Positions 1 through 14,084 are shown, numbered from the stretch's first letter. The stretch is 64,000 nucleotides of DNA from Sphyrna mokarran (GCA_024679065.1 JAGIQG010000016.1:14136001-14200000), one strand, 5' to 3'. Numbers and translations are program-made. The notes: generated by a model from the letters alone, not told the origin.

Positions 1-745
1 AGAAACTGATGCACGAGGACAGCACTGAGTATACAACATTCAATTTACTCCTACTCAAATCATAATCTTCCTTCTGATTTTTGCTATCAAAGTTGATCAC
101 CTCACATTTATTCACAATCTAATGCATCTACCACGCATACACTCACTCAAACATTCTTTTCAAATCACGCTGAAGCATCTCTGCATCCTCCTCACAGCTC
201 ACTCTTCAATCCAACATTGTGTGAGGTGCAAATTTGGATATAATGCATTTATTTTCCTCTTCAAACTCATACTGATCGTGTGGTAACGCACTAGCTATTG
301 CCTGCCAAACAGAGAAATAGTCATTTATTTCAACTCTACGATTCCTGTCTGCTAACTGACTTTTTATCCATCTCGACCCACCATCTGCTCTCCCGTGCAC
401 CTTTACTTCATTAATAATCTTTTCTGTGGGACCTTGGCTAAGGACTTCTAAAAGACTAAATAAACCAATTGACCGGTTCTCCCTGGTCATCTCTGCTCAT
501 TACGCCTAGCAACAGAGAATCGCTCTATGTAGATCTGTCAAGTATGATTTCCGTTTTGGAAATTCCTGCTGACTTTGTCAGATTACACAGCTATTTTCCA
601 AATCTGTGCTATGATACCCTTCGTGATGTACTTCTGCAAATTCCCCTGCTTTCGACGTTAGGCTCACTAATCGCAGCCTCCCTTTTAGAAAGCAGGCTTA
701 CATTCGCTTTCCTCCAACCTACAGGAACCATTCTTCAGTACAAAT
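1..745 (-). mobile_element. Decayed CR1 LINE ORF2 (RT) fragment
   Basis: ORF 206-490(-) contains RWIKSQLADRNRRVEIN and ISKFA, degenerate CR1 RT motifs. Confidence 0.7.
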
Positions 746-1037
746 AATTATTTTAATTAAGTATCTTCAATTTCATGCATAGGCTACTTCAGACTGAACA
801 ATAGCACATTAATAACATAAGCTTAACAAATAGATAACCGTCTTGTGTAGGATTTGAACAATATGCAGCCATTGCTGCTATGGCGAATATATGAAATGTT
901 TTATGATTTAAACTGATTTTGCAAACACGATAACTTGTGAAAATGACTTAATATAGAAAGTGCACTTCTGTATATTCTATTCCTGCGATTTATGCAAATA
1001 ACGTCCTGATTTTTCCTTCAACATTTTCTTTCCTCAG

Positions 1038-1073
1038 AAATCGAAAACGTCAAAAAATTGGTCAGCGAACTCG
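1038..1073 (+). CDS. Microexon 1 (36 nt, phase 1-1), (E)IENVKKLVSEL
   Basis: acattttctttcctcag|AAATCG...GAACTCG|gtgagt. Confidence 0.9.
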
Positions 1074-1370
1074 GTGAGTTTGAAAGGACAATCAAACGTT
1101 TGATCCAAACTGACCACACCGCAACAACAGTGAGCACATGATTAGCCTAATAGACGGAAGACCTCCATTGTCATAACAAAACATAATATGAAATCAGTGA
1201 TAATAGGATCGTTCTAGTTTTACCAGTTAATGTTTACTTCCTGCCCTGATTTTGCTGCCCTCAAATCGCAAGAAAATTCTGAATAACCATTCCTTGTCAA
1301 TTTGCAGCATTATACAAAATTTAGGTTTGGCCAATATGTGAAAAGTGCCCCCCAGCCCCGTTCCCCCATA

Positions 1371-1398
1371 AACACACACACACACACACACACACACC

Positions 1399-1437
<39 letters not shown>
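1371..1437. repeat. (CA)n microsatellite, one interruption
   Basis: Direct reading. Confidence 0.98.
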
Positions 1438-1439
<2 letters not shown>

Positions 1440-2789
1440 TTGAAGATCTGCAGAAAAGAGAGAAACGAAAAAAAAATTCCATTGAAATTTCGTCACATTT
1501 GCTTCGCTGAATCTTACATTATTAATATTCTCAATGTTAAAATTAATCAGAAATTAACTACCAAGTCCATATAAATAGCCTGTTGTGACGTTAGGTCAGA
1601 GCTTGGAATCATGTGACGGATAATTCACTTCCTCACTCCTAAAATTCTGTAAATAGTTGAAAAGGCATGGTTAAGCGTGCAAGGGAAGGCTTTCCTTGGT
1701 GACTGCAAATCGAACAACACGCAAGTTTCGACAAGATCCAGAATATAGCACCTGCTTAGTTGACATCCATTTAAATATTTCTCTATTACCGGCACTCAGT
1801 GGCATTAATGTGTTCCATGCATAAGCCGCAATGAAACAACTCAGCAAAACAAAAGAAAACACTACAGATGCTGACAATCTGAAGAAAACACCGAAAGTGT
1901 TTGAATCCCACAGCAATTTGGGAAAAATCTGTGGACAGAGAAATCAAGCTGAACTTTCAATTTGTGATATGCATTTTGTGACTTTTCTTTTGTAGTATCG
2001 TATTTTTAGTTTTAGCTAATTACCTCATCTGTCTTTATAGAATATTGCTTTAATAGCCGTATGGTTTCCGACAAGGTGTACAATATATTTATAATTCACT
2101 TCGCTCAATCATTTCGAGCTGCGTTCTACTTCAGGAAACCTTGCATTTTAGAAGAAATATTAAAGGCAAACTGCCCGGAAGTGTTTGTTTCTCGTTTTGA
2201 ATCTCCACAAACATGGGCCGAGTTTCCTTCAGGCATGCACAAAATGTAAAGAATATAGGACAGGTAACAGAGAAACAGATCTTCCCCACTTTCTGCCAAA
2301 CTGTAACAGTCCATCTGGTATCCATGTGAAAACAAGCATATTTCTTTCTTTTTTTTTATTCTAACTTCGTAACAATGTGTTCTTTTCTCACACATATGCC
2401 TGTCCAGTTCCGCATTTAATGCATACACCTTAAGATCGCGTCGCGGTAGTCATATCGACATTATTTCCGCGAGTTGACAGGACTATTTGTCAAATCCTTG
2501 TTGGAGAATTGGATCTAGATGGGGTGGGATTCTCCATCCGCGCTTGCGCAAAACCGAGAATCCTACTTGAGGTCAATATAACTTTTCCTGGTCCCACATT
2601 CACCACCTGCTACAATTCTCGTGGTGGATGAATTCCACCCCCGTCCCCAAACCCCCGCCCCCTTGACCCCCTCCAGTTTTTCACTTTCGGACAAAAGACC
2701 ACATTTTCCACTGATTCTGACAAAACACACCATAACTTTGAAGAAGTCTATTAAACCATTTAGGATAAGACTGATAAGCCAGAATCGGA

Positions 2790-3980
2790 CCAGCAAAAAG
2801 GCGTTCGATAATGTGCCTCACAAAAGGTAGCTAGCTGCAGAACGTTAGGGTACACAGACTTGGTGGTGAAGTGTTAGCGTGAATTGACCATTGACTATCT
2901 AACACGATGCAGAGAGTTGGAATAAATGGAAGTTTTTCTGGTTAGCAGTTGGTGATTAGTGGCATGCCGCAGGGATCGGTGCTGGGGTATCAACTGTTTT
3001 CCATATACATAGACGACCTGGAGGAGGGGCTGAATGTAGAGTAAGAAAATTTGTTGATGATACGAAGATGAGTGGAAAAGTGAATTGCATGGAGGATGCG
3101 GAATGGCTGCAGCGAAATTTGGATAGGCTGAGTGAGTGGGCGAGGACCTGGCAGATGGAGCATAATGTTAGCAAATGTGAGGTTATCCACTTTGGAAAAA
3201 AATAATAGTAGAATGGAATATTTTTTAACTGGTGAAACGTTGCAGCAAGCTACCGTGCAGAGGGACCTGGGGGTCTTTGTGAATGAATCGCAAAATCTCA
3301 GTCTGCAGATGCAGCAGGTGATCAAGGAGGCGAATGGAATATTGACCTTTATCGCGAGGGAGATAAAATATAAAAGCAAGGAGGTCTTGCTGCAACTGTA
3401 CAAGGCACTGGTGAGGCCGCAACTGAAGTACTGTGTGCAGTTTTTGTTCCCTTATTTGCAAAAGGGTACATTGGGAGTACAAAGAACGTTCACTAGGCTG
3501 ATGCCGAAGATGAGGGGGTTAGCTTATGAGGAGAGATTGAGTAGATTGGGCCTGTACTCTTTGGAGTTTAGAAGGCTGAGGGGGGGGTCTTATAGAGACT
3601 TAGAAGATGATGAAGGTGCTAGATAGGGTAACAGTGGAGAGATTCTTTCCACTTAGAAAGGAAACCAGAACTAGAGGAGAAAGCCTCAAAATAAGCGAGG
3701 AGGGGGATAGCTTAGAACAAAAGTTGAGGAGGAACTTCTTCTCTTAAAGGATGGTGAATCTCTGGAATTCTCTGCCCATTGAAGTGGTGGAGGCTACCTC
3801 GTTGAATATGTTTAATCACAAGCAGAGAGATTTCTTATCGATAAGGGAATTAAGGGTTATGGGAAGCAGGCAAATAAGTAGAACTGATCCACTTCAGATC
3901 AGCCATGATCTTATTGAATGCGGGGCAGGCTCGAAGGGCTAGATGGTCTACTCATGCTCCTATTTCTTATGTTCTTCTGT
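2790..3980 (+). mobile_element. 5'-truncated CR1 LINE (RT C-terminal part + 3' tail), frameshifted
   Basis: KKAFDNVPHKR; LLQLYKALVRPQLKYCVQF; YEERLSRLGLYSLEFRRLRG; ends ttcttatgttctt. Confidence 0.93.
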
Positions 3981-4904
3981 AAGCCTTTAATTACGTTTTG
4001 GAAAAGTGAAAGGCATTGTTTTCATTAGTTTAGACGCTGGACAGGTAGCAACTGCCGCTAGGTCTCTCACTGACAACAGCGATTAAGACTAAGTTAGTCC
4101 ATTCGAAAATCTAGCGTCACAATGCCTTCTTTCACCAATCCATTAGAATTGGTTTTGAATGATACGCACGGTCCCAGTACCTTAAGTTTGAAGTTATCCA
4201 TCTAGCTACCACAAGAACTGGCTTCCTTTCTCCGAACTTCTTCCCACTGCCTAAGCACTGAACTCCTGTTCTTATTTCAATTTCTCTGGTATGTTCTTCA
4301 TGCCATGCCTGACCTCATCTTGTCCCTAATCTGTATCCATTATTCTCTCTATCATTTGGTTCCTGGGACCTTCTGAAAATCGAACTTCTCTTATTACTCA
4401 TCTGTTGGCTGATATTATTAAAGGTTCCCAAACCTCATGTAATATTGCCCTCACTTTTTAAAATGTCACTATCAGACCTATCCTTCCAGAACTACAATAT
4501 TACACTGCAGTATGCTCTTACAACTGACCTCCACAAGTGTATCTTTTTTTTTAATTCAAAATTCACGGACGTATTATCTACAGATCGATCCAGGAAATCC
4601 ATGCTTTATTGTCTCTAAGCAATGTTTCACTTCTCCACTTGGCCACGTTATCTCCTTTGAGATTAAGTATATCATTCTGAGATGAAAGCAAATTACTACT
4701 GTCTGAGAATCTGAAACAAGAAGAGAAATGCTGAAATATCTCAATAGTTCTGACAGCATCCGCCACTTTTGTCAGGATTGGGGGGGAAAAATCGTCCTCC
4801 CAAATCTTTTCATTTGCTCGGTGGAAATGAACTAAAGTAGTGCATTTATTGTCTATTGAAACCTGGTGGTTAAAAAAAAACTGGAATAATTTCTTGCACT
4901 CATT

Positions 4905-5580
4905 GTTTGGCGCTACTCTTCTTTGGCAATCAAGTCGATAAGGTTGTTAAGAAGGCATACGGAATCTTGGCTTTTATTGGTGGGGGGATTGAATTTCGGA
5001 GCCGCAACGTCATGTTGCAACTGTACATAACTCTGGTGCGGTCGCATTTGGAGTATTGTGTACAGTTCTGGTCCCCACATTATAAGAAAGATGTGGAGGC
5101 ATTGGAGAGGGTGCAGAGGAGGTTCACCAGGATGTTGCCTGGTATGGAGGGCAGGTCTTATGAGGAGAGGCTGAGGGATTTGAGGTTGTTTTCGTTAGAA
5201 AGGAGGAGGCTAAGAGGGGACCTGATCGAAACATATAAGATGATAAGAGGTTTAGATAGGGTGGACAGTGATAGCCTTTTTCCTAGGATGGAGAAAGCTA
5301 GCACGAGGGGACATAGCTTTAAATTAAGGGGTGGTAGTTATAGGACGGATGTCAGAGGTAGGTTTTTTAGCCAGAGGGTGGTAAGGGTATGGAATGCCCT
5401 GCCTGCTGCAGTTGTAGATGCGCCAACTTTGGGGGCGTTTAAGAGGTCCGTGGATAGGTTTATGGATGAAAAGGGAATGTTTTAGGTTAGAGGGTCATTG
5501 CTTTTTCTTATTTAGTCGGCGCAACATCGAGGGCCGAAGGGCCTGATCTGCGCTGTAATGTTCTATGTTCTATGCTCTAT
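4905..5580 (+). mobile_element. Young 5'-truncated CR1 LINE 3' end with open ORF2 C-terminus
   Basis: 192-aa ORF with LVRSHLEYCVQFWSPHYKKDVEALERVQRRFTRM; tail ggccgaagggcctg...(ttctatg)n. Confidence 0.95.
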
Positions 5581-7633
5581 CTCATTGATCTCTTTCATGT
5601 TGTTATCCCGTAGTGACATCAAGCAAATGATATGCAGTCAATCATTTGCTGATGATTGACTGCATCAGCAATCAATTGACTTCGCGTTTGAATACACAGC
5701 AGAGCACGTCGCAAAGCTTGTCAGTACTTATGCATCACCTCTTCCGTATACATCTTGAATCTCGCTGTCCCAGAGGCAAGGTGCTGGACAGTGCTTTAGA
5801 GACTCTCGTGCATGGAAAGGAAGGGATACAGTTTCACCTGCAACCCGTAGGCCCGCCTCTTCACGTACACCCAGAGTCAGAATAGGGTGGAGTTGTCCAT
5901 CATGCACAGTACAACTGGAATGCGAGTGAGATACACGACAAGAAACAAATGGAACTGGTGCATTTCAACTAATGAATGCGTTTAATTAGAATAGGAATGC
6001 AAACTGTCAGAATATAATCAAACTGTTGGTGATGACATGGTGGGGATGAAGGTGGGGAAGTAAAGCCTAACGTGGCACTTAAAAAATTTTGAATAATTAT
6101 GGAAAATTCACTTCCAAGATCAAGATTTAGCCTTAAGGCATCTGAGACCAGCTGATAAAACCAGTGCTTGAATTTCATACTTCGTATTGAAGGAATATCC
6201 TTGTATTGCCGTCTGACTGTTCACTCTATGCAGGATTGTTGTTTTTTTTTCGTTAACCCTTTATTAGTTTTCTACTTGCAATCCCAGATAACATGTCAGG
6301 TTGCCTTCTTAATGCTTACAGGAACTATCAAAAATAATGTTACCTTACAAGGAAACAAGAAAAAAGAATCAGGGTTTCAACTCAAAATAATTTATATTCA
6401 CGATCTTCTCATACATTTATAGGCAACGAGATTCACACGTTTACATGAAGTTGCTTAAAAATTGGAATTTCCGAATGACAAATAGTTAAGTTGGATGTGA
6501 ATGCGGCCAACACCGATATAGTCAATAAATTGTCTGTGTTGAGAGTTTTCTGTCAAATAGTTGTGCAAGTTTGGCATTGACTACAATCCAAACTGAATAG
6601 TTTAGTCGATAAACGCAGGCTTGATAACCCTCTTTTTCTTTCTACGTTATCTCTAATTGTTTTAATTGGCCTTGTTGCTACCTGCATGCGTGAGAGAGCC
6701 CTGAAATATCTACTCGAGATAATGGATTAGACAGCTGTAGTGTGCATGCTGAAGAAAGAGTTTGTCTAACATTTGCAGTATCAGGAGAACTTAAAATGTT
6801 TAGTAAACATTAATTCAGGTGCAAAATTAAATATGATTCAAATACGCAAGGTTGCAACAATCAAAAGGTAATTGGACTTGATAGGCTCAAATCTTCGGCA
6901 GCAGCTGTGATCCTTTGGGGGTTTTAAGTAAGTGATAAATTTGTCGATATTATGAGCAAATTCAAAGTTGTTCTCAACTTTAAACAGTTATTGAAAAAAA
7001 ACAAATGCATATTATCTGCTCCCGCTGTTTAAGCGAGGTTGGAAAGCTAAACGAAACCTTATAACCCTTTAAGAACCTTTTGTCGGGATGAGCGGAATAG
7101 GGAGACAAGCGCTTCTTTTTTTTCTAAATGTCGAAGTGCCATCAATGGACGTTTGGAAGAAGTGTATGTGGAAGTTCATAACACAGATAATTAATATGCA
7201 GTGCTGGAATCCAAAGTAATAATTTAAAAGGACTATCCAAAAAGTCTAAAACTGCTATCCTTTAGATCCGCCTGATAGAACGTATGCAAAAACAATATAA
7301 GTTTCAGGTATAGAAAGTTGGCAGTTACAAAGCACAGGGACTAGGGATGCCAGGCTCATGATGAACGGAGGTGAAATGGATCGTCTCACATGGCTATAGT
7401 CAAATACCTGTCGTCCACAGCCTTAAGCTACGATAAAAGGGTTCAGCAAGGCTGAAAGTTAATTGTAATGAAATGTGTCCCTGTAGCTCTTTGTTAAAAC
7501 TTACAATCTAAATCTACAGAGGAAAACATTGTGGTGCCTTGGGAGCGCTAATTAAAGAAAAGCATAAGTCCAAAGCCATTTGTGCATTTCTCAAATTGCA
7601 CTTTTGATGCATTATTTTCACTTTTACTGGTAG

Positions 7634-7660
7634 ATGAAGAATTGCGGAAAAAGAAAGCAG
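7634..7660 (+). CDS. Microexon 2 (27 nt), DEELRKKKA
   Basis: cacttttactggtag|ATGAAG...AAAGCAG|gtaaaa. Confidence 0.85.
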
Positions 7661-8302
7661 GTAAAATTGTTAGGAATAGTATGTTTTTTGTGGTATTTGA
7701 GTAAATTGTAGAACAAGCCAGATCAGTCTGGCAATTTTGATGTATGAATGGATTTTATCACTGACGTCCAGCTCTAATTAAAATCCAGATGTTTATTGCC
7801 AGCTCCCTTTATTTTTAATATTTTCCACTGGATAGACACAATGTCAATTTTTTCAAAAATGCATTACTGCTGATTCACATGCAAACAACCTAAACACTTC
7901 GCAGTTTTACTATCTGCCGCGTTCATTATTTCAGGAAACACTAGATAGTGTGGGTTCAACTTTTCTGGACAATCTAGAGGATATTGGATGACTTCATCAA
8001 TTCCTTTAAGTTTACAATGGCGTCTGACAAAATAGCCAGCAAAAGATCCTTCTATTGGTAGAGATTAAGATGAGTGGTCAGTAATAATAGCAGTTACTAA
8101 CAAACACAGGAAGTACTTCAGCGACACGACTTTATTTTGCTGTGAGTGTTTAGAATAATGGACTTGCTACAAAAAACTGCAGTTGAGGTGAGTGAGACTA
8201 TGGCTTTATGGAGCAACAAAATATATAGACGAGAGAGAAAGGAATGTAAATATGTGCTTAGAAGCAGTGTGATAAACACATCTGGCAAGACATTTATTAG
8301 AA

Positions 8303-8590
8303 GCACGGAGGTGCAGTGGTTAGCATTGCTGCCTCACAGCACCAGGGACCGGGTGTGATTCCAGCTTCCATACGGAGACTGTGTGTTCTCCCCACGTCTG
8401 CGTGGATTTCCTCTGGATTCTCTGGTTTCATCGCATAGTCCAAAATACCTGCTGGTTTCCATTGGGCATGCTACACCTCAACAGCATATCCGAACAGGTG
8501 CCAGAGAGTGGCAGCTGGAGATTTTCACATTCATCAATTGCAGTTTTAATGCACTCCTATTTATTTCACTAATAAATAAAGTCAAACTTA
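8303..8590 (+). mobile_element. tRNA-derived HE1-like SINE
   Basis: gtgcagtggttagcattgctgcctcacagc head (A box), degenerate B box, core ttctccccacgtctgcgtggatttcc. Confidence 0.8.
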
Positions 8591-8778
8591 GTATAGCCCC
8601 AATCAGTTGGACCGAATGTCATGGTTTTCCATCTTGAATTACATGCCAACCTGTGTAGCACACATTTCCTGCACCTTGCCTTGTAGATGCAATGGATTTA
8701 GCACTGCTCCTCTTCAGGTTCCAGTTCTCCATATCATGAAAACTGTAACTGATGTTTTAAACATTATTTTCGTTGCAG

Positions 8779-8814
8779 AGATAACAGCTCTGCAGAACAA
8801 AATGCATAACTTAG
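8779..8814 (+). CDS. Microexon 3 (36 nt), EITALQNKMHNL
   Basis: attttcgttgcag|AGATAAC...AACTTAG|gtaagg. Confidence 0.9.
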
Positions 8815-9219
8815 GTAAGGGATCACTTTAACTATCGCTTTGTCTAAATACTTCTGCAGACATTTGCCTTAGCTGCAATACAAACAACGGCAACAGTTTG
8901 TTTTTGTATAGCATGTTATCATAGCAGAGTATTCCAAGGAGCACCAGAGTTGTGTTGTCAATTCAAAGCAATAATATTGTGCAAAAATAGCGTATAGCAT
9001 ATCAATTTGCAAAAATTTTATAAAAGAAATGGGTTTTAAGCTTTGCTTTATTTTAGATGGAAACCGGAATGTGATGAGGAAAAAAATGACATGCAACAGA
9101 GCAGAATTCCGTACCACCGCGAGGTGTTCCATTGAGAACAAAAAGGACCCATAGGAAATTTTGCTGCAGATCGATAAGCATATGCCAAGTTGTAAATGGC
9201 AATTGATATCAGTTAGAGA

Positions 9220-9760
9220 AGAACATAAGAACGTAAGAAATAAAAGCAGAAATAGGCCATTTAACCCCTCGAGCCTGCCACACCATTCAATAAGATCACG
9301 GCTGATCTGAAAGTGGTTCAGTTCCACTTGCCTGCGTTCTCCCCATAACCCTTAATTCCCTTGTTATTCAGAAACCTATCTACCTGTGACTTAAACATAT
9401 TCAACGATGCAGGCTCCGCCGTTTTAATGCGCGGAGAATTCCAGAAATTCCGTACCCTCTGAGAGAAGTTCCTCCTCAACTCTGTTCTAAACTGACTCCC
9501 CTTTATTTCGAGGTGATGTCTTCTAGTTCTTGTTTCCTTTCTAAGTGGAAATAATCTTCCAGCCTCTACCCTATCTAGCCCCTTCATTATCTTATAATCT
9601 TCATAAGATCACCCCTCAGCCTCCTAAATTCCAACGAGTACAGGCCCAACCTACTGAATCTCTTCTTCTAAGCAAACCCCCTTATCTCTAGTATCAAACT
9701 GGTGAAACTTTTCTGTATTGCAAGACCAATATATCCTTTCGCAAATAAGGAAGCCAGGAT
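9220..9760 (-). mobile_element. CR1 LINE 3' fragment
   Basis: ORF 9318-9587(-) MKGLDRVEAGRLFPLRKETRTR; reverse tail agaacataagaacgtaagaa. Confidence 0.9.
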
Positions 9761-9998
9761 TAGCTCTGGTCTCAATAAATAAACTTCGAAATCAGATCAG
9801 GACAGTATTGGATTAGAATTGACTGTACACATCACAGGTATGCATGGCTATTTCACCTACAGCTAAACTGTTATTGTGAGAGTTACTATTTCATGGAATG
9901 TAAGCATCTTTTCATAACATGTTGCACAACTGATGTCCCTTTGTTTATGCTTTGTATTTTGCTGCTTTCAATGACCTTCCATTCCTCTTTCTAATCAC

Positions 9999-10025
9999 AT
10001 GAAAAAGTGAATCAAAATGACAAAG
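9999..10025 (+). CDS. Microexon 4 (27-nt class, acceptor reads CAC not CAG), DEKVNQNDK; possible in-frame 18-nt form 10008-10025
   Basis: ttcctctttctaatcac|ATGAAAAAGTGAATCAAAATGACAAAG|gtaagc; fits the 27-nt consensus and fills the expected slot in the alternation, but lacks AG. Confidence 0.6.
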
Positions 10026-10299
10026 GTAAGCTCGATGTCCGCCCCCATCAATGTACCATAATGTCCTTCGTAGAAAGCTTTGTGTGTTCTTGCTATCACA
10101 ACTGCAAATAGAAATCGAAACAATGGCCAGCTTCATAAGATAACTGAAAATAAGAACAAATGTGATAGTGACCTTATCCCAACTTCCCTGACTACTCACC
10201 ACCCACTACCCCATATCCATATCCTCTCCATCCACCTCTCCTCCCGCCCTTCCCACCTCCACCCCACCCCCAGCCCCAGAAACAAGTCCCAGAAACAAG

Positions 10300-10681
10300 G
10301 TGCATGCATTTGGCAGGTCGTGCGAGGGCTGCTTCTGGATGTTACTTCAGGAGTGGCCTAGTGCTTCATGTCGTTAGTGTATGCTTAAACTGGACCATCA
10401 GATGGGCAACCTGACAGCTCAGAGACTATCGCTGTTGCTGTGCAGACGCGTAGATTTGGGCCTGTGTCTGCGGGAGTTTGTGCGTTCTCCCCGTGGTTGC
10501 GTGGGTTTTCTCCAGGTGCTCCAGTTTCCTCCCACATCCCAAAAATGTGCTCTTAGGCTGATTGGGTAACAAATTGTCCCTATATTGGTCTCTATATGTC
10601 ATTAAGACGTTAGGATGGCGGCGCGGGCTCGTTGGACCGAAGGGCCTGTTTCCCGTGCTGTGTTGTTCTTTGTTCTTTGTT
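10300..10681 (+). mobile_element. HE1-like SINE with shared upstream leader and CR1-type tail (copy 1)
   Basis: Similar along its length to 28170-28740 and 48335-48810(-); tail ggcgcgggctcgttggaccgaagggcctg...(ttctttg)n. Confidence 0.85.
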
Positions 10682-10689
10682 AACAGTGA

Positions 10690-13300
10690 TCTAACTCCGC
10701 TTGGAAATTATCCAGTAAGCAGTCTCCACTGATCTCTGTGGAAAACCTTTGCAAGGAGTACAGACCCAATGAGAAAAGGCAGTCTTCCCCATTTCCGATT
10801 TAAGCGGGAGATCTTTTATTACACTCTGACCCAAACGCCCAAAGCTCGCCCACGACTTGGGAGCGTTCTTATTGCCAAGCCGCTTCTGAAAGTTCTGCTC
10901 CATAAAAATGTCATTTTATCGTGTTCATCTCCAATGAGCATAGGCCCCATGCTCATTATTTCCTCATAAGGCAAGCTCTTCATCCCAAAATATGATTCCT
11001 ACTGAAATGTCTAAGGATTGTTTATAAAGCCTGTGCAGATATGAACTGTAAACAGAAGCCAATTGTAAGTATAAAACGAAGCACATCCGGGTGAAGTCAA
11101 TTAAAGGCATAGTCCATCACACTCTACAATCATTTTTAAGTAGGAAAACCTTCATACTGTCCTCAATTCGTCACCTTGGAAATCCACTATCCAGTTGTAA
11201 AATTCCCCGACTGTCTCTCTTCCCACTTTCCATTTCAACATCTCTGTCAAAAAATACCCACATTCCATTTTGTTTCCAAATAACGATACGTAATTGCATA
11301 TTGTGTTGCATGATTCATATACCAGGACCCCCATTTCTCTCTGTACTGCAACAGTCAGCTGTCGCTTTCCATTTAGTAATGCTCCTTATTTTTCGTCCTT
11401 TCTTTCTTAAATTGTGTTGTCATATTTTGGTTCTTCCAACTGGCTTAGTCCTTTTTCAAGTATCTTGGATTGTTTTTCTTTTGTATTCTTTGTTTTGTAG
11501 GATCACAAGTCACACGTCTTCAGATCCTTGCGACGTTTTGAAATTAACTCCCTTCTTTTTCTAGTTTTTTTTCTAATAACAGTGGCTATCTTTATGTTAT
11601 TTGAACTTTGATTTTTGAAGATATCTGAGATGCTTTGTACACCATCTACCGTGGAGACAGAAATAAGATCTTAAATAAAACAATCTTTCGTTTCCAGATT
11701 TCTCATTATCACTTTTCGAATTTTGACCTGTGATGGACAAATGGATAATCCATCTAATCTCTTATTGTTAATATATTTGCAGAAATTTCTGGCAATTATA
11801 TATTAAACGCCAGGATATTTTTTTTTCATGCGCTAATGTCTCCATCTGTTTTTTTTCTTTTTCAATTATCCCTTGCAGGATGATATTGTATCCCACATAT
11901 CCGGACTTCTTCTGTTCTTTCCAGCATTGAACATATTTTACATCAATTTGATACCAGCCTTCATTTTCTTATTTATTGACAGATGATACATCATTCTCGG
12001 AGCATCTTTCTTACTCGAAGGAATATACATTTGTTCAGAATAATTAAATGTATCCTTAAAAGCCCATAGCGGATTTCATTCCTTCACCATACCCTTCACC
12101 TTCGAAGTGGACTTCAAGACCACTTCGAAGCCCAAGGTATTAGTGTCAAACAGCATCATCTTGCCCTCAAACTGAACGTGCATTCTATCATGTTTTTATA
12201 GCAGTTACATAGAGAATCATGTATTTTCAGGGCACCAATCACTCTTGCCGCATTACACCAAGATAGCTGTTAGACGGTTGGTTCCAGGCCGTATCATTCG
12301 ATGAAGGCGTCCCGAATGCAATCTATGAACTCCACCGACATGCTGCATCAGCCAATTTCATCGCTGCAATCCACATGAGGTTAAATATCTTCAATGAATG
12401 TTGCATTGTCTTCTGTACAGGCCTCCCAGTTTTTTTTTGTAAAATTATTTTTGTCCTACTTTAGTGAGCAAGATGCGATACTTCCACGAAGTAACGTATA
12501 TCTTTTCTAATTCTTATTGCCATAAAAACGCATTCTACATTTTGATCCTCCGAAATTAGGTCTTTCTGATCTCATCCATTATTAACAGCGAACCTCCACG
12601 CTTGTTGAAGTGCCATAAGCTCCTGAAAATCGTGGTCTCAGCCGGTTTCACTGAGCAACAGCACACCTGTAATTATGTTCACTTTATCCTCATTTATATG
12701 CACTTGAGCAAGCAATTTGTGCGTGTTATCGCGATCACTGCGTGTATTCAGAGAGAATTCCTCTGGTTCCTTGAGCTGTTATGTTTAACCCTGCCGCCAG
12801 GCACGAAACACAGTTTTGGCTTAAAACTTTGGCTGCAAATCTCTATCCTTTTAAATTTACTATTTACTACGATAGTTGCGTTACGCTTTTACTCCCACGT
12901 TTGATTGGTTCCGTCCGCCATGGTGTTGTGCTCAATTTACGCAAAGCCCTTGTCGCTTCGCCCTCAAGTCCGCAAGGTCTAATAACCTGCATCCTATTGC
13001 ACAATTTCAAGCGCTGCAGATTCCATATTCCTAACGTTGATAATCCTATGCCCACTTACTTTATAATCGCTTAGCCCTATCTGAGCACAGTTGCAAATTC
13101 AAGTAGCTAGCCTAAGAGCGTGTCAGCCTCCTGCAATGAATTGTCCAGGTAACTATCCCTCCCAGATGAAGTACAGGGAATAAAACTCAGATTCCAGCTC
13201 ATGAGCTCAGACCCGAATTCCTAAGACTACAGCCACATGCTGCAGATAAGATTATCTTGGGTCACGTCAGAATACAACCTGCTACCGGTGCAACGCTTCA
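10690..13300 (-). mobile_element. Heavily decayed long CR1 remnant(s)
   Basis: CR1 3'-like sequence at 10690-11000 and patchy CR1-like sequence beyond; recognised by eye only. Confidence 0.4.
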
Positions 13301-14084
13301 CATCTGCGCTACGTGAGGTTTAGAAATAACAGTTAACAGTTGCCTGTACTGTAGCAATCGTTTTCTGTACTTGGATTCAACTTCAATGTCAGAATCGACT
13401 CAGTTCCTTTCATGTGTTACACTTTGTCATGCAATGAACTGTTGCTGGGACTGGAGGCACTGAAGGACCTCCAGCAAACATCTGATTCATTCATCAAACA
13501 TGCATTTCTGCCTCAAATAAAGTCAATGGCATTACAATAACATCAGAACCAACGATAACTGCAGAGTCAATTGTACTGAACTAGTATGAAATCTAAAGAT
13601 ACGAGCCAAATTTACAGGAAATATTTAAATATTTATCTATTTCAGTTTAAATGGAGCATGAGACGAGAACTAACTAAAGATGCCAAGTCTTCTGGTTAAA
13701 ACTATGGTAAACGTTCTCGATAAAAGCAAGGTCACGTCTGTAGGAAACGATTGTGAATGGATCAAGGAGATTTAAGTCAAAATGACAATGTGGTTGACAG
13801 AAAAATAATATATCATTCGCACAGCAAGCTGTAATACTGCAAGTACGTGCTTTCAACTAATCGAGCCGCTGAAAGCGTAATAGGTTGACATGGACATTTT
13901 TCCAGCACCATTACCCTAGCCCTGACCTACGGCATCACTGCAATCACATTTTAGAAAGGGAAGAACTGCGTGTGACGACATTGATGACATGCTTTTCAAA
14001 TGAATGCCCTTGGAAACGGCATGAAATCCTACACTGTAGCAGCGCCTGCCTGATGGTAAGATCACTGAACTATTAATGCAGTAA

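Noticed and set aside
2233-2263. AG...GT-bounded 31-nt segment
   Set aside because: Length is not a multiple of 3 and there is an in-frame TAA in phase 1.
3132-5485. Long ORFs (164 aa, 192 aa) as host genes; likewise 26341-26718 and 48866-49953
   Set aside because: They are CR1 ORF2 reverse-transcriptase C-terminal fragments with LINE tails.
6841-6867. 27 nt ending AAAAG|gtaatt (EYARLQQSK)
   Set aside because: No AG acceptor, no pyrimidine tract, Leu out of register, and it would break the alternation.
8303-8375. tRNA gene-like A/B boxes (also near 22680-22747)
   Set aside because: They are SINE heads followed by SINE core sequence; no intact cloverleaf.
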